From Macrostomum lignano (lineage: Eukaryota): a stretch of 64,000 bases of DNA. How positions within the stretch are numbered: position 1 is the stretch's first letter; every line of letters begins with the position of its first letter. The notes under the pieces are model-generated. The model saw nothing but the letters and a program-made list of their open reading frames with translations, made no database searches and was not told the origin of the DNA. The stretch is from NCBI GenBank assembly GCA_002269645.1, contig NIVC01000356.1, positions 372,001 through 436,000 on the forward strand. The letters run 5' to 3'. This document shows, piece by piece, positions 24,301 through 37,900 of this stretch. A program made the translations under genes and the position numbers.

Positions 24301-25086
24301 CATAGATTAGGAGACACGTGGACACAGATTAGGAGACAGGTGGACACATAGATTAGGAGACACGTGGACACAGATTAGGAGACAGGTGGACACATAGATT
24401 AGGAGACACGTGGACACATAGATTAGGAGACACGTGGACACATAGATTAGGAGACACGTGGACACAGATTAGGAGACAGGTGGACACATAGATTAGGAGA
24501 CACGTGGACACATAGATTAGGAGACACGTGGACACAGATTAGGAGACAGGTGGACACAGATTAGGAGACAGGTGGACACAGATTAGGAGACAGGTGCACA
24601 GCCCATGCAGCTCACCGGTAAGCGAGCACAGAGCACTCCTCCCCAGGCCAGTGATGCGCCAGCAGCACCAGCAGATTCCGCAGTGGCCAGCCGGCAGCCC
24701 GGCTGTCAGTAGACGGATCGGCGTAGCCAAAGGTGCAGTGCTGAGCTTGCAGGCCCAGCTGCTTGGCTTCGGCCAGCGAAATCAGCTGAACGGAGTCGGA
24801 TGACTGCGGAAGGAAAATCAATATTTGATGCATGTAGATTGCGGAGCATCAGATTCGGAATTCAAGACAAGAAAGAAAGCAGGTTGGATTAAAAAATGAG
24901 AAAGTCGGGATGGAGGCATGGGTAAGTTTTATAATGCAGTACATGTGGAGTTGGATAAGCTGGTCAGGGATTAAGAAATGTGGAATATAAAGATAAAAAC
25001 AAAACAAAAAATGGACAGACAAACAAACAGACAGACAGACAGACAGACACTAAGACGGACAGACAGACAGACACTAAGACAGACAC

Positions 25087-25121
<35 letters not shown>

Positions 25122-25198
25122 CAGAGACACACAGACAGACAGACAGACAGACGGGCAGATAGGCAGACAGACAGACAGACAGACAGACACAGAGACAC

Positions 25199-25229
<31 letters not shown>

Positions 25230-25232
25230 CTA

Positions 25233-25289
<57 letters not shown>

Positions 25290-25332
25290 CAGAGACACAC
25301 AGACAGACAGACAGACAGACGGGCAGATAGGC

Positions 25333-25376
<44 letters not shown>

Positions 25377-25379
25377 GGG

Positions 25380-25429
<50 letters not shown>

Positions 25430-25522
25430 CAGAGACACACAGACAGACACACAGACAGACAGACAGACAGACGGGCAGATAGGCAGACAGACAGACAGAC
25501 AGACAGACAGACACAGAGACAC

Positions 25523-25553
<31 letters not shown>

Positions 25554-25556
25554 CTA

Positions 25557-25637
<81 letters not shown>

Positions 25638-25727
25638 CAGAGACACACAGACAGACAGACAGACAGACAGACAGACGGGCAGATAGGCAGACAGACAGAC
25701 AGACAGACGGACAGACAGACAGACGGG

Positions 25728-25776
<49 letters not shown>

Positions 25777-26978
25777 GGGCAGACAGGCAGACAGACAGAC
25801 AGACAGACACACAGACAGACAGACGGGCAGACAGACAAACAGACAGACGGGCAGACAGACAAACAGACAGACGGGCAGACAGGCAGACAGACAGACTAGC
25901 TAAAACAGACAGGCCAAAGCGCAGACACCACTGACCCATCCAGCCTGGTCCAGGCCGCGGACAGCAAAGTACGGACAGCGGCCGGACGTGGCGAAGAACT
26001 CCAGCACCCGATCGGCAAATCTGGACAAGTCTTGGCCGCCGCTAACAGCCGCCGACTCCGCTAGTCTGGCGTTGCTAAGCAACACAGGCGAAATTTCGGG
26101 CGGGAACGCCAGCACGGGCATGCAGAGCCAGTAGTAGAAATGGTACTTCTTCAGGTCAACGTAGGACAGGATGGAAAATTCCAGCAAGCGGGCGGGACGA
26201 TGAAGCGCCTCGCCGGACCGGATGCTGGACAGCAGCTCGGCGCCCAGCTGGTCAGCAAAGGCTTGCTTGTCCAGGGCCTGTCCGGTTGCCATGGGGATAC
26301 GATAGGGGGGTTTGGTTACGCTTACATTTTGACTAGACCCACACCTTGGCAATTAAGGAGATCCCACACCTTGACAATTAGGGAGATCCCACACCTTGGC
26401 AATTAGGGAGATCCCACACCTTGGCAATAGGGAAACCCCACACCTTGTTAATAGGAAGACTCCACACCTTGACAATTAGGGAGATCCCACACCTTGACAA
26501 TTAGGGAGATCCTACACCTTGACAATTAGGGAGACCCCACACCTTGGCAATAGGAAAACCCCACACCTTGTTAATAGGAAGGCTCCACACCTTGACAATT
26601 AGGGAGATCCCCATACCTTGACCTGAGATGCGACGCCTTGACCAGAGACCCCACACCTTGATCAGAGACCCACACACTTTGCCAGAGACCCCACACCTTA
26701 AACGAGTCCAAGCTATTGAAATTTAACAGCCGGCCAGCCGGAGCGAATGCCCTCGATGACAGCTCGGCCTCGACGGCCGCGGTGTCGAAGGCGTTGTACT
26801 CGAAGGCCAGCCGGCACGGCAGCCGGTCGGCGTCGCCAATGCTGAACAGGCCGCGGATTGGCACGGGCTCCTCGGACAGCTTCAGCTGTTCCAGCTTCAT
26901 CTTGCAGAATCTGTGCCAGAATGCCACGCTGATGCTGGACTCGAACGCTACGAATTGCAATTGCTGTTGATCTGACAT
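21391..26978 (-). CDS. ATG7: Autophagy E1-like activating enzyme ATG7, ~683 aa, complete
   Basis: Exons: 26978-26697, 26277-25936, 24803-24616 (phase 2), 23241-22716, 22104-21391 (TAG). Motifs: [87 protein letters not shown] and [13 protein letters not shown] (catalytic Cys present). Confidence 0.96.
22165..22575. repeat. 21-bp minisatellite GACCCACTGACTAGCCTACTT
   Basis: ATG7 intron 4. Confidence 0.94.
23275..24598. repeat. 22-24-bp minisatellite GATTAGGAGACAGGTGGACACATA
   Basis: ATG7 intron 3. Confidence 0.94.
25015..25895. repeat. Interrupted (CAGA)n tetranucleotide microsatellite, ~0.9 kb
   Basis: ATG7 intron 2. Confidence 0.96.
26335..26696. repeat. ~24-bp repeat GGAGATCCCACACCTTGACAATTA carrying copies of the ATG7 exon-1 donor
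   Basis: ATG7 intron 1. Confidence 0.9.
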
Positions 26979-27214
26979 GCTTGCAATTGAGACTTAATGA
27001 GGCTGGAATTGTAAATGCGAAGGGATCTTTGCCACCGGCAATCGTTTGTTGTTCCAGTTTCACTTCTTCCTCATCTCTCCCTCCCTTCTCTCGCCTACTG
27101 CTCCCTTCGCATGCCCCTCTCCCACCTGCCTTTCTCCACTAAACCACCCCTACCCACTTATCTAACACTCTCCCTCTCCCACCGTATCTCCTTTCCCTCC
27201 CTACCACTTTCCCT

Positions 27215-27500
27215 TTTACCCCTACCTCCCTTTCCCACCCTACCTCCCTTTCCCACCCTACCTCCCTTTCCCACCTACCTCCCTTTCCCACCCTACCTCC
27301 CTTTCCCACCTACCTCCCTTTCCCACCCTACATCCCTTTCCCACCCTACCTCCCTTTCCCACTCTACTTCCCTTTCCCACCCTACCTCCCTTTCCCACCC
27401 TACCTCCCTTTCCCACTCTACTTCCCTTTCCCACCCTACCTCCCTTTCCCACTCTACTTCCCTTTCCCACCCTACCTCCCTTTCCCACCCTACTTCCCTT
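27215..27500. repeat. 18-bp pyrimidine-rich repeat CCCTTTCCCACCCTACCT
   Basis: Upstream of the ATG7 ATG. Confidence 0.9.
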
Positions 27501-28289
27501 TCCCACCCTAGCTCTCCCTCCCACCCTCTCCCTCTCCCACCCTCTCCCTCTCCCACCCTACCTCCCTCTGCCACCCTCTCTTTTCACCTTCTCTCCCTTA
27601 ATGACATTTTCATACGCAACATATCGGGAGCTAAAAAATAAGTCTAACACGTTACAATAAATCTAAAAAAAACTAAAAACTACTGAAAGAGAGAAAGATA
27701 GAAGAGTGTCGAGTCCGTTCACGAGGCCTATAATTTGGCATTGAATGACTGCAGATTGCTTTAGTCAAATATTACGAGTATGAGGGAAGGAACAGCTGCA
27801 GGTCATATGATAATATATTTAACTATTAAACCATTTTAAATATTACAACATAACAATTTGTAATAGTAATAACTGTATACGGATACGCTGGACAATTTAC
27901 TGGTAACAAAATTTATTAATACAGCTTACATGTTTAACAACAATTAATAAAATTATTACTATGATGCAGTTAGACAGGTGCAACCATGCATAAAGGTATA
28001 GGTAAGAGCATTACACTTAATAGCACAGAACACAAACGAATGCACACGAATGCACACTATTTGGACAATTTCAATATTCGCAACTTGTAATAGAATACAC
28101 AGACAAAATACGTCCCCGAAGTAATGACTCTTTACTATGGCTAAAAATAGAGTATGACGACTAATCGGGTGAGACAGATGGAGGACTAGTGTAGTATTAA
28201 ATGTGACATTGCCTTAATTTGCGATACCTATGCACACACTGATAACTTACGCAATAGTATATTAAAAATTGGAAAATTGGATTGGATAG

Positions 28290-28810
28290 GTTGGGTGGGG
28301 CAGACCGGAGGCGGGGATGGGGTAGACCGGAGGCAAGGGTGGGACAGACCGGAGGTTGGGGTGGGGCGGACCGGAGGCGGGGATGGGGTAGACCGGAGGC
28401 AAGGGTGGGACAGACCGGAGGCGGGGATGGGGTAGACCGGAGGCAAGGGTGGGGCAGACCGGAGGCAGGGGTGGGGCAGACCGGAGGCGGGGGTGGGGTA
28501 GACCGGAGGTTGGGGTGGCTGGGGCAGACGGGAGGCAGGGGTGGGGCACACTGGTCTTTGGGGTGGGGCACACTGGAGTTTGGGGTGGGGCAGACCGGAG
28601 GCAGGGGTGGGGCAGACCGGAGGCGGGGGTGGGGTAGACCGGAGGTTGGGGTGGCTGGGGCAGACCGGAGGCAGGGGTGGGGCAGACCGGAGGCGGGGGT
28701 GGGGTACACCGGAGGTTGGGGTGGCTGGGGCAGACCGGAGGCAGGGGTGGGGCAGACCGGAGGCGGGGTGGGGTACACCGGAGGTTGGGGTGGCTGGGGC
28801 AGACGGAAGG
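28290..28810. repeat. G-rich compound repeat GGGGTGGGGCAGACCGGAGGC
   Basis: 3' of the DPF stop codon. Confidence 0.92.
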
Positions 28811-28943
28811 CAGGGGTAATAAGTGTCCATCAGCAAAGTGAAGCAGCCCGTACCCAGGACATTTTGCTACTACGAGTACAATCAAGCACTAAAACATTGA
28901 CATAAAAAGCCAACAGCTAGACAGCACTATAGAGATACTACTA

Positions 28944-31900
28944 CTAGTTGCCAGCAGAAGCAGTAGTAGTGCTAGCAGTTGAAGTAGCAGATGCAGCGGC
29001 AGTAGAAGCAGCGGTAGCGACAGCAGCGGCGGCGGCGGCGGCGGCGGCATGTTCAACGCACAGACTGCAGGACCAGTTACCCTCGGGCGGTTCAGTCAGC
29101 GGCGGCTTCAAGCAGAACATGTGGTAGCCCCGGTCGCAGTCGTCGCAGAACAGCATCTGATCGTCGTCCTCAGAGGTGCCGCACATCCAGCAGGTTTTGC
29201 ACTCGATGCACTGCCACCGATAGTTGGTGCTGGCCGAGGCCATGGCCGCGGTGAACTGCAGGCAGGCGTGATGGGCAGAGCGGCCGCAATCGGCGCAGGT
29301 TGCCATGGCAACTGATGAACCAGCCGGGCGGCTGGCGATGAGTCGGCGCCTTCTTTTCGTACAATAATATGCTCGTTGCCGCCGCACAGATCGCACGGCT
29401 TGTTGCCGGGGGAATATTTGCAGCAGCAGCAGCAGCAGCACCAGCACCAGCCGAGGTCGGCGCAGTTGAGGCGTCGGCTGCGTCGATTTGAGGCGGCCCG
29501 ATTGAAGAAGCGCTGCCGCCACCGCCCATGCCGTTGCCGCCAGCGCCGCCGCCGCCGCCGCCGCCGCCGCCAGGTCCGGGCGTGGAAGCGGCGGAAGCGG
29601 ATGCGGACTCAACAGCAGAGGCGGCCTGGGCGAGCTGAGTTCATGTTGGATTGTTGCAGAAATTGGGAGAGTGGACGGGGGTGGAGGCGGTTGAAGGCTG
29701 TGTGTACGCACTTCTGGTGGTTTAACAGAACAGTGTAAAGGAGACCATTGGGCGCACCTGCACGCATTGCCCCCCCCCCCAGTGGTTAGTTACCCGCACA
29801 CCTGGTTGAGTAGAGCTTCAGGAATTGGTGATAATCCCAATGAAAACGGTACCTACGCCAAGAAGCATCCCAGGGTCACTTGCGTTGCCCCAGAGTCGTT
29901 TCAGAGTCGTTGCAGGTAACACAAATAAAAAAGGAATTGATTAGGAATTGGTGATAATGAGTCAGATTAGGAATTGGTGATAATGAGTCAGAGTAGGAAT
30001 GGGTGATAATGAGTCAGAGTAGGAATTGGTGATAATGAGTCAGAGTAGGAATTGGTGATAATGAGTCAGAGTAGGAATTGGTGATAATGAGTCAGATTAG
30101 GAATTGGTGATAATGAGTCAGAGTAGGAATGGGTGATAATGAGTCAGAGTAGGAATTGGTGATAATGAGTCAGAGTAGGAATTGGTGATAATAAGTCAGA
30201 GTAGGAATTGGTGATAATGAGTCAGAGTAGGAATTGGTGATAATGAGTCAGATTAGGAATTGGTGATAATGAGTCAGATTAGGAATTGGTGATAATGAGT
30301 CAGATTAGGAATTGGTGATAATGAGTCAGAGTAGGAATTGGTGATAATGAGTCAGATTTGGAATTGGTGATAATGAGTCAGAGTAGGAATTGGTGATAAT
30401 GAGTCAGATTTGGAATTGGTGATAATGAGTCAGATTAGGAATTGGTGATAATGAGTCAGATTAGGAATTGGTGATAATGAGTCAGATTAGGAATTGGTGA
30501 TAATGAGTCAGATTAGGAATTGGTGATAATGAGTCAGAGTAGGAATTGGTGATAATGAGTCAGATTAGGAATTGGTGATAATGAGTCAGAGTAGGAATTG
30601 GTGATAATGAGTCAGAGTAGGAATTGGTGATAATGAGTCAGAGTAGGAATTGGTGATAATGAGTCAGAGTAGGAATTGGTGATAATGAGTCAGAGTAGGA
30701 ATTGGTGATAATGAGTCAGATTAGGAATTGGTGATAATGAGTCAGATTAGGAATTGGTGATAATGAGTCAGATTAGGAATTGGTGATAATGAGTCAGATT
30801 AGGAATTGGTGATAATGAGTCAGAGTAGGAATTGGTGATAATGAGTCAGAGTAGGAATTGGTGATAATGAGTCAGAGTAGGAATTGGTGATAATGAGTCA
30901 GAGTAGGAATTGGTGATAATGAGTCAGATTTGGAATTGGTGATAATGAGTCAGAGTAGGAATTGGTGATAATGAGTCAGATTTGGAATTGGTGATAATGA
31001 GTCAGATTAGGAATTGGTGATAATGAGTCAGATTAGGAATTGGTGATAATGAGTCAGATTAGGAATTGGTGATAATGAGTCAGATTAGGAATTGGTGATA
31101 ATGAGTCAGAGTAGGAATTGGTGATAATGAGTCAGATTAGGAATTGGTGATAATGAGTCAGAGTAGGAATTGGTGATAATGAGTCAGAGTAGGAATTGGT
31201 GATAATGAGTCAGAGTAGGAATTGGTGATAATGAGTCAGAGTAGGAATTGGTGATAATGAGTCAGAGTAGGAATTGGTGATAATGAGTCAGATTAGGAAT
31301 TGGTGATAATGAGTCAGATTAGGAATTGGTGATAATGAGTCAGATTAGGAATTGGTGATAATGAGTCAGATTAGGAATTGGTGATAATGAGTCAGAGTAG
31401 GAATTGGTGATAATGAGTCAGAGTAGGAATTGGTGATAATGAGTCAGAGTAGGAATTGGTGATAATGAGTCAGATTAGGAATTGGTGATAATGAGTCAGA
31501 TTAGGAATTGGTGATAATGAGTCAGAGTAGGAATTGGTGATAATGAGTCAGAGTAGGAATTGGTGATATAATAATGAGTCAGATAAGGAATTGGTGATAA
31601 TGAGTCAGATTAGGAATTGGTGATAATGAGTCAGATTAGGAATTGGTGATAATGAGTCAGATTAGGAATTGGTGATAATGAGTCAGATTAGGAATTGGTG
31701 ATAATGAGTCAGATTAGGAATTGGTGATAATGAGTCAGAGTAGGAATTGGTGATAATGAGTCAGATTAGGAATTGGTGATAATGAGTCAGATTAGGAATT
31801 GGTGATAATGAGTCAGAGTAGGAATTGGTGATAATGAGTCAGAGTAGGAATTGATGATATAATAATGAGTCAGATTAGGAATTGGTGATAATGAGTCAGA

Positions 31901-34900
31901 TTAGGAATTGGTGATAATGAGTCAGATTAGGAATTGGTGATAATGAGTCAGATTAGGAATTGGTGATAATGAGTCAGATTAGGAATTGGTGATAATGAGT
32001 CAGATTAGGAATTGGTGATAATGAGTCAGAGTAGGAATTGGTGATAATGAGTCAGAGTAGGAATTGGTGATAATGAGTCAGAGTAGGAACTAGTGATAAT
32101 GAGTCAGATTAGGAATTGGTGATAATGAGTCAGAGTAGGAATTGGTGATAATGAGTCAGAGTAGGAATTGGTGATAATGAGTCAGAGTAGGAATTGGTGA
32201 TAATGAGTCAGAGTAGGAATTGATGATATAATAATGAGTCAGATTAGGAATTGGTGATAATGAGTCAGAGTAGGAATTGGTGATAATGAGTCAGATTAGG
32301 AATTGGTGATAATGAGTCAGAGTAGGAATTGGTGATAATGAGTCAGAGTAGGAATTGGTGATAATGAGTCAGATTAGGAATTGGTGATAATGAGTCAGAT
32401 TAGGAATTGGTGATAATGAGTCAGAGTAGGAATTGGTGATAATGAGTCAGAGTAGGAATTGGTGATAATGAGTCAGATTAGGAATTGGTGATAATGAGTC
32501 AGAGTAGGAATTGGTGATAATGAGTCAGAGTAGGAATTGATGATATAATAATGAGTCAGATTAGGAATTGGTGATAATGAGTCAGATTAGGAATTGGTGA
32601 TAATGAGTCAGAGTAGGAATTGGTGATAATGAGTCAGAGTAGGAACTAGTGATAATGAGTCAGATTAGGAATTGGTGATAATGAGTCAGAGTAGGAATTG
32701 GTGATAATGAGTCAGAGTAGGAATTGGTGATAATGAGTCAGAGTAGGAATTGGTGATAATGAGTCAGAGTAGGAATTGTGATATATGAGTCAGATTAGGA
32801 ATTGGTGATAATGAGTCAGATTAGGAATTGGTGATAATGAGTCAGATTAGGAATTGGTGATAATGAGTCAGATTAGGAATTGGTGATAATGAGTCAGATT
32901 AGGAATTGGTGATAATGAGTCAGAGTAGGAATTGGTGATAATGAGTCAGAGTAGGAATTGGTGATAATGAGTCAGAGTAGGAATTGGTGATAATGAGTCA
33001 GATTAGGAATTGGTGATAATGAGTCAGAGTAGGAATTGGTGATAATGAGTCAGAGTAGGAATTGGTGATAATGAGTCAGAGTAGGAATTGGTGATAATGA
33101 GTCAGAGTAGGAATTGATGATAATAATGAGTCAGATTAGGAATTGGTGATAATGAGTCAGAGTAGGAATTGGTGATAATGAGTCAGATTAGGAATTGGTG
33201 ATAATGAGTCAGAGTAGGAATTGGTGATAATGAGTCAGAGTAGGAATTGGTGATAATGAGTCAGATTAGGAATTGGTGATAATGAGTCAGATTAGGAATT
33301 GGTGATAATGAGTCAGAGTAGGAATTGGTGATAATGAGTCAGATTAGGAATTGGTGATAATGAGTCAGAGTAGGAATTGGTGATAATGAGTCAGAGTAGG
33401 AATTGATGATAATGAGTCAGATTAGGAATTGGTGATAATGAGTCAGATTAGGAATTGGTGATAATGAGTCAGAGTAGGAATTGGTGATAATGAGTCAGAG
33501 TAGGAATTGGTGATAATGAGTCAGATTAGGAATTGGTGATAATGAGTCAGAGTAGGAATTGGTGATAATGAGTCAGAGTAGGAATTGGTGATAATGAGTC
33601 AGAGTAGGAATTGGTGATAATGAGTCAGAGTAGGAATTGGTGATAATGAGTCAGATTAGGAATTGGTGATAATGAGTCAGATTAGGAATTGGTGATAATG
33701 AGTCAGAGTAGGAATTGGTGATAATGAGTCAGAGTAGGAATTGGTGATAATGAGTCAGATTAGGAATTGGTGATAATGAGTCAGAGTAGGAATTGGTGAT
33801 AATGAGTCAGAGTAGGAATTGTGATAATGAGTCAGATTAGGAATTGGTGATAATGAGTCAGATTAGGAATTGGTGATAATGAGTCAGAGTAGGAATTGGT
33901 GATAATGAGTCAGATTAGGAATTGGTGATAATGAGTCAGAGTAGGAATTGGTGATAATGAGTCAGATTAGGAATTGGTGATAATGAGTCAGATTAGGAAT
34001 TGGTGATAATGAGTCAGATTAGGAATTGGTGATAATGAGTCAGATTAGGAATTGGTGATAATGAGTCAGATTAGGAATTGGTGATAATGAGTCAGAGTAG
34101 GAATTGGTGATAATGAGTCAGAGTAGGAATTGGTGATAATGAGTCAGAGTAGGAATTGGTGATAATGAGTCAGATTAGGAATTGGTGATAATGAGTCAGA
34201 GTAGGAATTGGTGATAATGAGTCAGAGTAGGAATTGGTGATAATGAGTCAGAGTAGGAATTGGTGATAATGAGTCAGAGTAGGAATTGGTGATAATGAGT
34301 CAGAGTAGGAATTGGTGATAATGAGTCAGAGTAGGAATTGGTGATAATGAGTCAGATTAGGAATTGGTGATAATGAGTCAGATTAGGAATTGGTGATAAT
34401 GAGTCAGAGTAGGAATTGGTGATAATGAGTCAGATTAGGAATTGGTGATAATGAGTCAGAGTAGGAATTGGTGATAATGAGTCAGATTAGGAATTGGTGA
34501 TAATGAGTCAGAGTAGGAATTGGTGATAATGAGTCAGATTAGGAATTGGTGATAATGAGTCAGAGTAGGAATTGGTGATAATGAGTCAGAGTAGGAATTG
34601 GTGATAATAATGAGTCAGATAGGAATTGGTGATAATGAGTCAGATTAGGAATTGGTGATAATGAGTCAGATTAGGAATTGGTGATAATGAGTCAGATTAG
34701 GAATTGGTGATAATGAGTCAGATTAGGAATTGGTGATAATGAGTCAGATTAGGAATTGGTGATAATGAGTCAGAGTAGGAATTGGTGATAATGAGTCAGA
34801 TTAGGAATTGGTGATAATGAGTCAGATTAGGAATTGGTGATAATGAGTCAGAGTAGGAATTGGTGATAATGAGTCAGAGTAGGAATTGGTGATAATGAGT

Positions 34901-37900
34901 CAGATTAGGAATTGGTGATAATGAGTCAGATTAGGAATTGGTGATAATGAGTCAGATTAGGAATTGGTGATAATGAGTCAGATTAGGAATTGGTGATAAT
35001 GAGTCAGATTAGGAATTGGTGATAATGAGTCAGATTAGGAATTGGTGATAATGAGTCAGAGTAGGAATTGGTGATAATGAGTCAGAGTAGGAATTGGTGA
35101 TAATGAGTCAGAGTAGGAATTGGTGATAATGAGTCAGATAGGAATTGGTGATAATGAGTCAGAGTAGGAATTGGTGATAATGAGTCAGAGTAGGAATTGG
35201 TGATAATGAGTCAGAGTAGGAATTGGTGATAATGAGTCAGATTAGGAATTGGTGATAATGAGTCAGAGTAGGAATTGGTGATAATGAGTCAGATTAGGAA
35301 TTGGTGATAATGAGTCAGAGTAGGAATTGGTGATAATGAGTCAGAGTAGGAATTGGTGATAATGAGTCAGAGTAGGAATTGGTGATAATGAGTCAGAGTA
35401 GGAATTGGTGATAATGAGTCAGAGTAGGAATTGGTGATAATGAGTCAGATTAGGAATTGGTGATAATGAGTCAGAGTAGGAATTGGTGATAATGAGTCAG
35501 AGTAGGAATTGGTGATAATGAGTCAGAGTAGGAATTGGTGATAATGAGTCAGAGTAGGAATTGGTGATAATGAGTCAGATTAGGAATTGGTGATAATGAG
35601 TCAGAGTAGGAATTGGTGATAATGAGTCAGATTAGGAATTGGTGATAATGAGTCAGAGTAGGAATTGGTGATAATGAGTCAGAGTAGGAATTGGTGATAA
35701 TGAGTCAGATTAGGAATTGGTGATAATGAGTCAGATTAGGAATTGGTGATAATGAGTCAGAGTAGGAATTGGTGATAATGAGTCAGAGTAGGAATTGGTG
35801 ATAATGAGTCAGATAGGAATTGGTGATAATGAGTCAGAGTAGGAATTGGTGATAATGAGTCAGAGTAGGAATTGGTGATAATGAGTCAGATTAGGAATTG
35901 GTGATAATGAGTCAGATAGGAATTGGTGATAATGAGTCAGAGTAGGAATTGGTGATAATGAGTCAGAGTAGGAATTGGTGATAATGAGTCAGATTAGGAA
36001 TTGGTGATAATGAGTCAGAGTAGGAATTGGTGATAATGAGTCAGAGTAGGAATTGGTGATAATGAGTCAGAGTAGGAATTGGTGATAATGAGTCAGAGTA
36101 GGAATTGGTGATAATGAGTCAGATTAGGAATTGGTGATAATGAGTCAGATTAGGAATTGGTGATAATGAGTCAGATTAGGAATTGGTGATAATGAGTCAG
36201 ATTAGGAATTGGTGATAATGAGTCAGATAGGAATTGGTGATAATGAGTCAGAGTAGGAATTGGTGATAATGAGTCAGAGTAGGAATTGGTGATAATGAGT
36301 CAGAGTAGGAATTGGTGATAATGAGTCAGAGTTAGGAATTGGTGATAATGAGTCAGAGTAGGAATTGGTGATAATGAGTCAGAGTAGGAATTGGTGATAA
36401 TGAGTCAGAGTAGGAATTGGTGATAATGAGTCAGAGTAGGAATTGGTGATAATGAGTCAGATAGGAATTGGTGATAATGAGTCAGAGTAGGAATTGGTGA
36501 TAATGAGTCAGAGTAGGAATTGGTGATAATGAGTCAGAGTAGGAATTGGTGATAATGAGTCAGAGTAGGAATTGGTGATAATGAGTCAGATTAGGAATTG
36601 GTGATAATGAGTCAGATAGGAATTGGTGATAATGAGTCAGAGTAGGAATTGGTGATAATGAGTCAGATAGGAATTGGTGATAATGAGTCAGAGTAGGAAT
36701 TGGTGATAATGAGTCAGAGTAGGAATTGGTGATAATGAGTCAGATTAGGAATTGGTGATAATGAGTCAGATAGGAATTGGTGATAATGAGTCAGAGTAGG
36801 AATTGGTGATAATGAGTCAGAGTAGGAATTGGTGATAATGAGTCAGAGTAGGAATTGGTGATAATGAGTCAGAGTAGGAATTGGTGATAATGAGTCAGAG
36901 TAGGAATTGGTGATAATGAGTCAGATAGGAATTGGTGATAATGAGTCAGATTAGGAATTGGTGATAATGAGTCAGATTAGGAATTGGTGATAATGAGTCA
37001 GATTAGGAATTGGTGATAATGAGTCAGAGTAGGAATTGGTGATAATGAGTCAGAGTAGGAATTGGTGATAATGAGTCAGATAGGAATTGGTGATAATGAG
37101 TCAGAGTAGGAATTGGTGATAATGAGTCAGATAGGAATTGGTGATAATGAGTCAGAGTAGGAATTGGTGATAATGAGTCAGAGTAGGAATTGGTGATAAT
37201 GAGTCAGATTAGGAATTGGTGATAATGAGTCAGATTAGGAATTGGTGATAATGAGTCAGATTAGGAATTGGTGATAATGAGTCAGATTAGGAATTGGTGA
37301 TAATGAGTCAGATTAGGAATTGGTGATAATGAGTCAGATTAGGAATTGGTGATAATGAGTCAGAGTAGGAATTGGTGATAATGAGTCAGAGTAGGAATTG
37401 GTGATAATGAGTCAGAGTAGGAATTGGTGATAATGAGTCAGAGTAGGAATTGGTGATAATGAGTCAGATTAGGAATTGGTGATAATGAGTCAGATTAGGA
37501 ATTGGTGATAATGAGTCAGATTAGGAATTGGTGATAATGAGTCAGAGTAGGAATTGGTGATAATGAGTCAGAGTAGGAATTGGTGATAATGAGTCAGAGT
37601 AGGAATTGGTGATAATGAGTCAGAGTAGGAATTGGTGATAATGAGTCAGAGTAGGAATTGGTGATAATGAGTCAGAGTAGGAATTGGTGATAATGAGTCA
37701 GAGTAGGAATTGGTGATAATGAGTCAGATAGGAATTGGTGATAATGAGTCAGATAGGAATTGGTGATAATGAGTCAGATTAGGAATTGGTGATAATGAGT
37801 CAGAGTAGGAATTGGTGATAATGAGTCAGAGTAGGAATTGGTGATAATGAGTCAGAGTAGGAATTGGTGATAATGAGTCAGAGTAGGAATTGGTGATAAT

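Noticed and set aside
24964-25939. Long ORFs (SVCL)n / (RQTD)n
   Set aside because: Frames of a (CAGA)n microsatellite inside ATG7 intron 2.
29330-29365. Programmed -1 ribosomal frameshift signal in DPF
   Set aside because: No canonical X_XXY_YYZ heptamer or clear downstream pseudoknot, and two separate shifts would be needed. Indel error is more parsimonious until reads are checked.
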